64,000 nucleotides of DNA, from contig OX337229.1 in the NCBI GenBank assembly GCA_946965045.2, positions 310,001 through 374,000 of the forward strand. Reading direction: 5' to 3'. This DNA is from Epithemia pelagica (Eukaryota > Protista > Bacillariophyta). Shown piece after piece: positions 43,247 through 53,969 of the stretch (position 1 is the stretch's first letter; each line of letters opens with the position of its first letter). A program made the position numbers and the translations under genes. The notes beneath the pieces are model-generated. The model saw nothing but the letters and a program-made list of their open reading frames with translations, did not search any database and was not told the origin of the DNA.

Positions 43247-45436
43247 CTACACACGTTGAAAGATGAGAATGGTATCCATCGAAGTGCTGCCGCGCATGAT
43301 TCGCAAATCGTCATCCAAGTACACGACATCCAACATGTTGGTGGGTCCCAAACTCTTCCAATGATCCGCCTTGGTGGATGTGGGCCCGTACATGACCCGA
43401 TCGGGTTCCACGGCCAAGACCACTGAGGTTTCTCCCGTAAACAGCGACATGCTTGGTCGGAGTTCCCAATTCCCATTGACGGTCACATCAAAGGATACAC
43501 CGGGGCTTGGCACTTCAATGTGCTCCTTGTATTCCACGTCAGGAAGCAAGGCCGATGCGGATAAGGTCTGGGTCAGTCCTCCAAATTTTCCATTGGGAAA
43601 ACTCCCACCCAAGCCACTCAACCCCTTGTTGAATTTCATGGCCGACGAACTGGTGTACAGCAATTTCCAAGTTCCAGCCACGTCGGCAGTGGCAATATTT
43701 CCCCTTGTTTGCAGAAGGAGATTGGAATCCTCTTGTATCAGCTGGTTGGCTAGAGCTAATACTAAGGTTTCTTCCTTTTCGGTACTTTCCAGTCCACAGG
43801 GAAGCCTTGTTTCCTCCTCCTCACTTGTACCAATGGTAACATCATTGACCACGGCAAGTGCTCGTAATAGGTCCCCTTTGGAGGAGCCCGCAGTTTGTGG
43901 TGGTTGTTGTTTGGCCACTGCTGGTGCGGCTGGCTCGTTGTCCTCGTCGTCCTCCTCTTCAAACAAATCGTCAATGGAAGCCTTTAGGACTGCAAATGCC
44001 GCTTCATCCAAGGCGGTATCATCCTTGGACGCTTCCAATGCCGTGGCATACATTTGATCCAATTCCGACGACAACAAATCTCCATCCTGGATCATTTCTT
44101 GGAGTTCGTCCCATTGACTCAACAACGTCTCCTTGTTGACCAACAAATTCGTCGATCCCGCCAACGTTTGAAACAAACTTGCTTTGCCTGGAGCTGGTGA
44201 TGAATCCGCTTCGTCGTCCTCCTCTTCAAACAAGTCATTAATGGCGGTGCGAAGCACGTCAAAGGCCGTTGGATCGAGCGCCACGGCGTCAGTGGATTGT
44301 TTCAAGGCCACTGTGTAGAGTTGATCCAATTCCTCCATGGCCAAGTCCCCGTCTTCCATCATTTCCACCAAGTCGGGCCACTTGGTCAACAATTGCTCCT
44401 TGTTGACCAAATTCTCCGAACCGGCCAATTCCCGAAACAAGGGATCGTCGGTCGGCAGGTCCGGTTCGTCCATGGAGGCAGGTTCGACGCTTGCTTCCGG
44501 CTCGTTGGAATCTGTTTCTTCTTCTTCTGTTTCTGTTGTTGTTTCTTCCTCCAGGTCCTCAAAATCAAACAGTTCATCCACCATGGCATTGAATTGGATA
44601 AATCCCTGCAACTCAATGTAAGTTTGATCATTGACGGATGATGATGATTGTTTGGGTGTCTTGTTCCACAAGTCTAAAAATTCATCTTCGCCCAACATGC
44701 CATCCACAATCAAGGTATCCACTTCATCCCAGGCCCGCAAGGCTTGTTGGGACAGTACCAAACGATCCTTGTCGTTGGGCGTGGCAATGATTTGAAAAAT
44801 CTCCTCCAATTCCCGTCGCGTTTCGTCATCGACCAGAGGAGCCTCTTCCTCGGATGCGGATGGGACCACCTCCGTCTTGTCGTTGTTGTCATCATCATCG
44901 TCGTCGTCTTCAAACAAGTCATCAATGGCGCGATAAATTTGCACAAAGGCAGCCACATCCGCTTCTTGCTGTGAATTGCTGGAAGTAAATTGTTGCCAAA
45001 TGTCGTTGACATCTTGTTGCAACAATTCTCCCTCTTGCATCCATTCCTTGATTTCGGTAATTCGCATCAAATCCGATTGCACCATAAGGCCCGTCGATGG
45101 ATTGGCCAATTGTTGAAACAAGGCTTGGAGAGTTTCGTCCGTCAAACCGCCATTAGTCTCGGCCACCACGTCGGACGACGATGACGAGGAGGAGAAAAGG
45201 GGATCCAGTCCGAAGGAAACGGACCAACGTTGTGACACGAATGGAACGACGACTGCCATCCCCCGTCGGTGAGAATGGTTCCGGATGGGCCGATCCGACG
45301 ACCAGGAGGGAGGATGAAAGGCTTGACTGGTCGAACTCAGCAACAACAAGGTCACCACCGTGACCGAAAGGCGGCACCATTGCAGGGGCGACCACCGAGT
45401 CAACGGCGTTCCATGAGACAACAAAGATACTATCAT
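43247..45436 (-). CDS. Plastid-targeted PAP/fibrillin-domain protein with four N-terminal acidic helical repeats
   Basis: Signal ending SQA-FHP; C-terminal GTWKLLYTSS...FNKGLSG...YLDDDLRIMRG...LIFQR typical of PAP_fibrillin; four repeats of about 75 aa ending (I/V)(D/N)(D/E)LF(E/D). Confidence 0.82.
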   Translation of the reverse strand: MIVSLLSHGTPLTRWSPLQWCRLSVTVVTLLLLSSTSQAFHPPSWSSDRPIRNHSHRRGMAVVVPFVSQRWSVSFGLDPLFSSSSSSSDVVAETNGGLTDETLQALFQQLANPSTGLMVQSDLMRITEIKEWMQEGELLQQDVNDIWQQFTSSNSQQEADVAAFVQIYRAIDDLFEDDDDDDDNNDKTEVVPSASEEEAPLVDDETRRELEEIFQIIATPNDKDRLVLSQQALRAWDEVDTLIVDGMLGEDEFLDLWNKTPKQSSSSVNDQTYIELQGFIQFNAMVDELFDFEDLEEETTTETEEEETDSNEPEASVEPASMDEPDLPTDDPLFRELAGSENLVNKEQLLTKWPDLVEMMEDGDLAMEELDQLYTVALKQSTDAVALDPTAFDVLRTAINDLFEEEDDEADSSPAPGKASLFQTLAGSTNLLVNKETLLSQWDELQEMIQDGDLLSSELDQMYATALEASKDDTALDEAAFAVLKASIDDLFEEEDDEDNEPAAPAVAKQQPPQTAGSSKGDLLRALAVVNDVTIGTSEEEETRLPCGLESTEKEETLVLALANQLIQEDSNLLLQTRGNIATADVAGTWKLLYTSSSAMKFNKGLSGLGGSFPNGKFGGLTQTLSASALLPDVEYKEHIEVPSPGVSFDVTVNGNWELRPSMSLFTGETSVVLAVEPDRVMYGPTSTKADHWKSLGPTNMLDVVYLDDDLRIMRGSTSMDTILIFQRV

Positions 45437-45758
45437 GGTGGTTGCTGCTTTGCTTCTTGTGTGTTGTCGCAGCTCACAGAACCGATGGAATCTGGAGATT
45501 GGAGATTTTGTGCGAGGATTTTGCTTCCTTCGTCGTACGCCTCGGGGCGGAGTGTATCTTTCGGTTTCTCTCCAGATGACGTCATGTCGACAAAGTACGT
45601 GTTGGTTGGAGGTTTTGGGTTTGGGGCAGCAAGCAGCACTCTTTGAGCTCATAACCCATCGACACAGATTTTCAACTTTGACCCATCAACATCAACATCA
45701 ACCCATCAACAGCACATGATCCACAAATCCATTGACAGCGTGTGTTGCTCGATATATA

Positions 45759-45778
45759 CTCTCTCTCTCTCTCTCTCT
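45759..45778 (+). repeat. (CT)10 microsatellite in the divergent promoter between the fibrillin and FtsZ-C-like genes
   Basis: Read directly from the sequence. Confidence 0.95.
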
Positions 45779-45877
45779 AATAATATATTGAATTACTGAG
45801 TTTCCAACCACCACCAAGGACGACGCAAAACCAAAAGTTGATTCATTGATCCTCTACAAGCAAAAGACACACAACCA

Positions 45878-46801
45878 ATGTCGTCGTCGTCCCAATTTAC
45901 AAGAACAAGAACAATCACCAGTGGTTGGTGTCTCGTGTCACTGCTCCTGGTGGATTGGCTCGTCGTTGGCTCGGCCTTTTCTCCTCGTTTCACGAATATC
46001 ATTCGACAACCATCCGCCTCACAATGGAGATCGTCGTCTCGTGCGGTTGTGGGTCCATTGTCCTCCTCCTCCACGGATACTAGTCCTTCCTTGTTGTCGA
46101 CGGTGATTTATGCCGACGATGACGATTTCAATTTTGATCCCGGTCAAGGGGGCGTTCGATTGGCCGAAGAGTGTGCCCTGTGTTTGACCGGTACACTCAA
46201 TACCAATAATAATCGACCCCAACCCGAAAGCTTTGTCCGGTACACCCAATTGACACCCCTGGACGACAACGACAATACGATTCCCTCGCAGGTCACTATT
46301 GTTGGTACGGGACAAGGCGCGGAATTGTATCAAGATCCAAAAGAGGGCACCACGCAACGGATTGAATTGGCACCTCTGCAAGCCATTCAAACCTTGTGCG
46401 CCAATGTCATGGAATCGGGCCCGCTGCGGGATGCCATGAGCGGTAGTAGTTCGCTGTATGTGAATTTGGCGGGCGGCAATGACGTCCAAGTCTTGGAAGT
46501 CTTGGCCGCCCTGATGGAATTTCAACAAGCCTTGGACACGGCCTTGAAGAATTCCAACACAACGACCAAAAAGGGAGGACCCACTGTCACGTTTACCTCC
46601 TTGACGCATCCCTCTATTCCACCGCTCGAGGTGACCGCGACACTGGTGGCCGTCCTGGACGACGATGAAGAAGAAGATGGCTTTCCCAGTACTCCACCTT
46701 CGGGAATCGAAAAGGCTGTGGCGGCTGGAACCATTTTTTCCAATTCCAAGGGACAGTATTTTACCGTACTGGAAGAAGATATCAACCCCGATTTGTTCTA
46801 A
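45878..46801 (+). CDS. Predicted plastid-targeted protein, 307 aa, with an FtsZ C-terminal-domain-like region and no GTPase domain
   Basis: Signal WCLVSLLLVDWLVVGSA-FSP; motifs VGTGQG, SGSSSLYVNLAGGNDVQVLEV, VTFTSLTHPSIPPLEVTATLVA. The CDS is solid; the fold call is inference. Confidence 0.72.
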   Translation: MSSSSQFTRTRTITSGWCLVSLLLVDWLVVGSAFSPRFTNIIRQPSASQWRSSSRAVVGPLSSSSTDTSPSLLSTVIYADDDDFNFDPGQGGVRLAEECALCLTGTLNTNNNRPQPESFVRYTQLTPLDDNDNTIPSQVTIVGTGQGAELYQDPKEGTTQRIELAPLQAIQTLCANVMESGPLRDAMSGSSSLYVNLAGGNDVQVLEVLAALMEFQQALDTALKNSNTTTKKGGPTVTFTSLTHPSIPPLEVTATLVAVLDDDEEEDGFPSTPPSGIEKAVAAGTIFSNSKGQYFTVLEEDINPDLF

Positions 46802-47094
46802 TACTACTACTAACAAGTAAGTTAAATAACTCTCTCATTCTCTTGTCGCTGTCGTCGTCGTCTACGTGGATTGAGATTCGACAGTGATTATGGACGCATG
46901 AGAGGCTGTTATGTTTTTTTGACTTATCGGTAGAGACCCCTCAGTATTCGGGGCGAGATCTACGTAAGGTCGGTTTGGCATGTAGGTTTGGTGTTTTTCT
47001 TGGTGCCATGTACCTGCTATGGTTCGGCTCGGCTCGCCGCCGAGTCGACGAAACCACCACATATATATTCGTGTCCATCACCGACAAAAGTGTC

Positions 47095-49275
47095 TTATAG
47101 CAAGCAAAAGAACGTGAATCCCACTCGAATCACAACACTGATTTTGGTGGCAATAGAAATGGGTCTCACTTCTCGCATTACGGCACATGTGTTTGGTCGT
47201 TGTTCTTGATGCAGCACAACCGACGCAGCACCACAGTCCGTGCGCCATCCTCCCCCAAAAGGGGAGACCCGCCATTCTTTGGCGCATGCAGTGCTTGTGT
47301 AGTTTCCAGAGGACACCACGAGTTTTGGCGACAAGGTTTCAAGAATATTGCCCACCACAAAAACACACCACAACAAGCTTGTTAAGTCGAATTTGGTGGT
47401 GGTCGTGTCCGTCCGAGAGGATGACCCTGACGACGCCATGCTGGTCGACGACGACAACGACGACATGGTTCGCAATCGTTTGCGCAAGGCCTTGGCCCAC
47501 TTTTTGCCATCTTGTCGATAGATAAAGAGGTAACAATCTTCCATGCACAATTGGGTGTGTCCCAAACAATCAAACGACGATGGATCGGTGGTGGTATCGG
47601 CAAAGGGATCATTGATGCGTTGACAGACCATGGAGGTGCCCAAAAACCCGTAGGTACACAAAAAGACCAGCAGGGCCGGGACGAGGGGTGTCTCGTTCAA
47701 GTATCCGGCATTGCTGTCATCACTCCAGGTTGATACATGACACATGACCAGGGGCAAGGTAAAGACCCAGGCAATCAAAATGGTATGCGCCAATTGCAAA
47801 ACGGGAAAGGGAATGGGGGTTTGAATGAGAGTGTACAAGGTGGAAAAGGATTGCAAAATGACACCGACACAATCTAACAATTTCAATTCTTCGTTACAGT
47901 CATGTTGCCATGGACTTGTTGTTTTTGTTGTTCTTGTGGATGATGATGCATGCTTGGAGGAGGATTGGCCAAACCAGGTGCCATCGCGTTGTTTCATAAT
48001 TTCCCGACGAACGTTCCAGGCCAATAACATGGGAGCTCGCATCAAATCGTCCGCTTCCACACGATCTTGGCGAGGAACATGCGCCAATGTTTGTCGTAAG
48101 GTGCCCCATCGACTCGTAGCACTCGTGGTGGTGGTGGCTGTAGGTTTTGTTGTAGTTCCGATACTGGAAGGTGCAGGAAACAAAGATTTGGACGACGACG
48201 ACGATGATGATTTCAGAATCGATTTCAATGGCAAATTTTGGTCCACCGACAAGGAGGATGCCACTGTCGTGGATGGATCAAAGGACACGCGTTTCTTGGT
48301 AGACTCCTCCTTTGCTGGTTCCGTCGGCTTCTCCGTGTTGTTTGTGGTCCATGCCTCGTTGCTGGTCTTGTTGTTGTTGGTGATACTGTCCTTGTCACGT
48401 GATACGGCAGGTTGCTTGCCGTCGTCCACCCACAGAGGATCGGGCTTGTCGTCGCTGGTTCTCGTCGTGGTGGTGGTGTTGTGGTGGTTGTGGGTATCCC
48501 ACAATTCGTCTTGGACTTCTTGCAACATATAGGGCAATTGCCACGGATTGGTATGAATGCGATATTCCAAGACGGCCAAGACGACACGCAACAAGACGAG
48601 GACGGCATAGGTGACATCGTGTCGCCATTGTTTGGCACCGTGACTGTCGTCGTTGGCGGTGAGCAAACAGGCATGGGCCACCAAATCTCGCGAGGCACAA
48701 AAGACACCGGCCTGCAAGGTTTGAGCCTTTTTTTGGTAATTGTCCACGGCCCGCTTGACGCGACCCGTCAACAAAAAGGACAAGAGGGGAGCCATGTAAC
48801 CATGCGCCGAAGGACTGGCCGTCAGGTCCAATTGACGATGCGTTTTCAAATACCACACGACAACGACCCAAATCATGTTGAGGACGCAATATTTCCAAAC
48901 TTGAGGCCAGACCGACCCATAGGTTTCCATCAAGACACGGAAATAACTAGAATCATCCCAGATCAAGGGACGAATCGCGTGATTTTCAAATTCGTCATCC
49001 CAAATACTGCGCGACGACCAATCGTCGTCATCATCATCATCGTCGTCTTCATCGTCACTACTCGATTGTTTCTCCAACAATTGTTGTTGCTGTTTGGCAA
49101 GCACGCTTTCCACAACAAGATCGTCGAAATGTCGTGGTAGCAAGGATTTGCTGGCACCTCGTCCCAATGGGTTCTTGGTTGTTGTTCTTGTAGTAGTAGC
49201 AGTAGCAGCAGGATGCCCTCCTGGCTTTTTGTGCATGCCAAATGGCATCCACGAGGCGAAATGGCGACGGTCCAT
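47095..49275 (-). CDS. Bestrophin-like (UPF0187/RFP-TM) anion channel, divergent
   Basis: YGSVWPQV, LLSFLL, SRDLV, IQTPIPFPVLQLAHTILIAWVFTLP, YGFLG, INDPF...FD. The 3' end may be over-extended. Confidence 0.8.
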   Translation of the reverse strand: MDRRHFASWMPFGMHKKPGGHPAATATTTRTTTKNPLGRGASKSLLPRHFDDLVVESVLAKQQQQLLEKQSSSDDEDDDDDDDDDWSSRSIWDDEFENHAIRPLIWDDSSYFRVLMETYGSVWPQVWKYCVLNMIWVVVVWYLKTHRQLDLTASPSAHGYMAPLLSFLLTGRVKRAVDNYQKKAQTLQAGVFCASRDLVAHACLLTANDDSHGAKQWRHDVTYAVLVLLRVVLAVLEYRIHTNPWQLPYMLQEVQDELWDTHNHHNTTTTTRTSDDKPDPLWVDDGKQPAVSRDKDSITNNNKTSNEAWTTNNTEKPTEPAKEESTKKRVSFDPSTTVASSLSVDQNLPLKSILKSSSSSSSKSLFPAPSSIGTTTKPTATTTTSATSRWGTLRQTLAHVPRQDRVEADDLMRAPMLLAWNVRREIMKQRDGTWFGQSSSKHASSSTRTTKTTSPWQHDCNEELKLLDCVGVILQSFSTLYTLIQTPIPFPVLQLAHTILIAWVFTLPLVMCHVSTWSDDSNAGYLNETPLVPALLVFLCTYGFLGTSMVCQRINDPFADTTTDPSSFDCLGHTQLCMEDCYLFIYRQDGKKWAKALRKRLRTMSSLSSSTSMASSGSSSRTDTTTTKFDLTSLLWCVFVVGNILETLSPKLVVSSGNYTSTACAKEWRVSPFGGGWRTDCGAASVVLHQEQRPNTCAVMREVRPISIATKISVVIRVGFTFFCLL

Positions 49276-49640
49276 CGTTGTTTTGTGGGATTAACACATA
49301 CACAACAACGTGTCTCTTGATATTAAAGGATACGGTGCTTCTCGTTTTCTTTGTAGGAGTAATGGCGTGCCTCATTTTTCTATTTCGCAAAAGATCCAAC
49401 AAAGAATTTTTTTCTTGTGGTCGCACGAATTACTAGCAATGCTATGGTAGCTACATAGAGTGGCACTCCTACTCCTAGGTGTGAGCGATGTGTTATGATG
49501 TGTTCACCTACTCCTATATACATATCTATCAATGCACGAGGCCCACGATCCATGGGCCAGAGTCATGTCACAAAAGGGCAGTACAAGAGGCAGGCAACTT
49601 TCGATGGAAAGTCTGTCGTATTATAGTTATAGTATATCAT

Positions 49641-50958
<1,318 letters not shown>

Positions 50959-51322
50959 TCAGCTCTTCTTCTTGTTGTTGTTGTTCTTCTTTTCCTGCAG
51001 CAACAACAATCCTAGATGGGAGCGGTCTTGGTGTTCAATGATGTCCTTGCGCTTTTGTTGGTTGTGTTGCCCGCATTTCGGATCTCTTCGGGTTGCTTCC
51101 AAAAGAGGTAACAGCGACCGGAACGAGCGATAGATCCGCGACAAAAGAAAGATCCAAAGTCCCTCGCTCTCGTCCACGTTTCTGTGTTTGTGAGGCCACG
51201 ACAACGAAAGAGTCGAGCGAGACAAGAAGAAAGCGTCAAGACGTCCCTCTACATCGTTTGAGGCCCTTCGACACACCACAGCACGCCGATCGTAAACCTC
51301 TGACTCTGTCGAACGAAACAAA

Positions 51323-51673
51323 ATGTGGTTTTGCCCCTTGGATGGAACCTTGCTCAAGGTCATTTGTCCCAGCCCCGGTGCTGGCGGCAGCAGCCCCGAA
51401 GGCGGTTCTTCGTACTTTGCCTGCAGTACCTGTCCCTATTCCTGTCCAATTGTCCAATCGAAATCGGTCAAAACGACCAGCAAACGCAAACAAGTGGATG
51501 ACATTTTGGGTGGAGCCGCCGCCTGGGAACACGTCGATCGCACCATGGCCACTTGTCCCAATTGCAATCATCAAGAAGCCTACTTTATGCAAATGCAAAT
51601 TCGATCCGCCGATGAACCCATGAGTATCTTTTACAAATGCTGCAAATGCAGTTTTCAATGGAATGACAAATAG
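51323..51673 (+). CDS. POLR3K: RNA polymerase III subunit C11 (RPC10/Rpc11)
   Basis: Two Zn ribbons: FCPLDG...CSTCPY and CPNC...AYFMQMQIRSADEP...FYKCCKC; KQVDDILGGAAAWE linker. Confidence 0.96.
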   Translation: MWFCPLDGTLLKVICPSPGAGGSSPEGGSSYFACSTCPYSCPIVQSKSVKTTSKRKQVDDILGGAAAWEHVDRTMATCPNCNHQEAYFMQMQIRSADEPMSIFYKCCKCSFQWNDK

Positions 51674-52584
51674 TCACCAAAACGTTTGGCCGTCGGTTCG
51701 TTGGACTCGAGAAGGTTGTCATGGGTTCCTCCTACTTATGGGCGCACACCAACGCAGGTTGTGGGCAGAAAAAGAAGAACAAAATCGTCTTCTTGGATCG
51801 GAAAAATGAAAGAACTGGATCGACTTTTTCGAATTTTTGCCCTTGCGCAAGTCTCTGGCGATCTCATCAATTACTGTGGAGTGGTTTTTCACCCAACGTG
51901 CCTCCGGTGAATGCTCTCCATTTACTGTTACGGGGTGCGGAAGAGTTCTACCTATATCCTAGTAGAATTGTGGACTTGGAGGTCTGTGGGTCAAGACGAT
52001 GGTATCATGCGCCCATTGTCGGACAAGAAAGAAGAAGGTCATGCTTCTTTGGGGTGGGATGGTTGTGCGGGGGCAGAAAAGAGGATCGTGGTATCGTGCC
52101 TACCACAGCATTCGGGGGCACTGCGCCGAATACGAATCTTGTGGTCGCGCGAATAACGTCCTCGTTCGGACGAGATTCCAGATAACATCTGTTCGGTTTT
52201 TTACTATCGGTCCTAAAGTAGAAACTGTGACAGTGTGACAGAACGAGAACCTCGCCAAAGAAGAATACATGCACCTGCCTCTCCTCATCCAAGTCAGTCA
52301 AGTGGCTCACGCACGACACCCATGGCCCAGAGGACTATGAGAGGATAAGGCTACTAGAGAAAGAAGAAGATGATGATTATTTGATAACTTGACACGATTT
52401 TATACAACAGATTATTAGTGATTCAAGTGGGTATGCTTGCCCAGAATAGCGTATAGCGACGGAGATAGAGGAAGGCCTTCCATTCGATCGGCCAAGTGAT
52501 TTCAACGTCTCGCTGGATGCATTCGTATTCGTCCTCAACCTCCAGTTTCAGATTGGCAAGGGGGACGGTGGAATGCCAATAAAT

Positions 52585-52899
52585 TCAGTAGGAATCATCT
52601 CGTACTCTCATGTTGTTCAAACAGGTGTCGTAGTAGGATGCGGCGGTCTTGCATATGCTATCGTTCGAATGAGACGAGATGCAATCCTCCAAAATGGCTT
52701 GGACATCGGCACAGGTATCCATACGATTCCCTTGAAGCATGGCACTCACGACGGGAGAATGGGAACCCCATTGCGAATGAAGCTCTTGCTGGCGTTGTCG
52801 TCTTCGGAAGGAAGTGGTGGTACTCGTGTGTGTCGTCGTTGCCGTTGTGGTGGTCGGCGCAAAGGATGGATTCGATGGAGCAACTGGAATGGCGTTCAT
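52585..52899 (-). CDS. Small protein (104 aa) with C-terminal twin CX9C motif
   Basis: C-ADVQAILED-C-x9-C-KTAASYYDT-C; ATG at 52899 (the track start is TTG). Confidence 0.62.
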   Translation of the reverse strand: MNAIPVAPSNPSFAPTTTTATTTHTSTTTSFRRRQRQQELHSQWGSHSPVVSAMLQGNRMDTCADVQAILEDCISSHSNDSICKTAASYYDTCLNNMRVRDDSY

Positions 52900-53969
52900 T
52901 TCTTGAATATCGTGACAGAGGAGCTTATGATGATAGAGCCTTGATAGGTTTGACTTTTTGTTTGATGAAAGAGGAACAAGTCTTCTTCTTGTGGATCGAA
53001 AGGACAGGTGAAAAGCGATTTTGGGTATTGAGTTCAACGTAAAAGTTTTTATGACAGATCATGGTTGGGTGAGTTCTGGTTTTGCTCTCTTGGGATTGGG
53101 AAAGGTAGAATGGGCCAATGGGGCTTTTCGGGGGCGAGACACTATGTTTGCGTGTCTTATTCCGTGTCGTTCTTCCCAATTTCTTCTGACTCCAATGCTC
53201 TTCGCACTGTGCACTATAGAACAAACTGTACCGTTACAACTCATCTGCATTCTTCCTTTCACGGGGAATTCAGAACCAATGTCAGACGTGTGAGTGCAAA
53301 GCAAGAACTGCCCCACCCCCGATTTGGAAGCTTCCGAATTCGGTGTTCTGTGGGAGACATCGAGAATGGATTCATGTTGTCGATGCTCGACAGATTCAGA
53401 TTTGGCGGATGATGGTCCCTTCATCGACGACACAGACATGCTTGGGGTGATGGCATCGTTCTGTCGGAACAAGCAGCGAGGAGCCGAATTTCCAGATCTC
53501 GTCCAGAACAAAACTGCTGGTAGAAAACTTTCTTGACCAAGCAAAGAGGAGGACCATACGTTCGACGTCTGCCAAAGAAAAAGAACAAGTTTCAGTACCC
53601 GGTCCACTTGCAAAACGATTGGCTGCGGCAAAGGATGAATCATGATTCTGAATCCTCGATATCTTGAGCTCTCAGGTTCTGTCCTTTGACGGTGTTTCCA
53701 ACTTCTACCCGCATTGGACGCAACATAACCAGAGAACGAAGGACGCATTCGATGCATCAACCCACAAGTCTCGACAATCCCCTTACAGTAGATTGAATGA
53801 TACCTAGACAAAGCATAAACTTAGTCTCCATTGACAATTTAGCAAGGATCATAAAACACTTCTAAGTTCTAAATGCTTAACGTTGTGGCTGTGTCCTTTG
53901 TCCACAGCCATATTGCTATTCGACAATATGAACAGGTTTTTCCACTGTGTCCCAATGTGCTAAGGTTTC

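Noticed and set aside
53059-53811. 250-aa minus-strand ORF
   Set aside because: Non-ATG start in the track, no motifs, UTR-like composition at its 5' part.
53886-53910. 8-bp stem hairpin in the PhoX 3' region as a SECIS for the in-frame TGA
   Set aside because: No AUGA/GA quartet or long helix II, and the TGA is not at a redox-type position. Selenocysteine is unsupported despite a SelD-N-like gene in the window.
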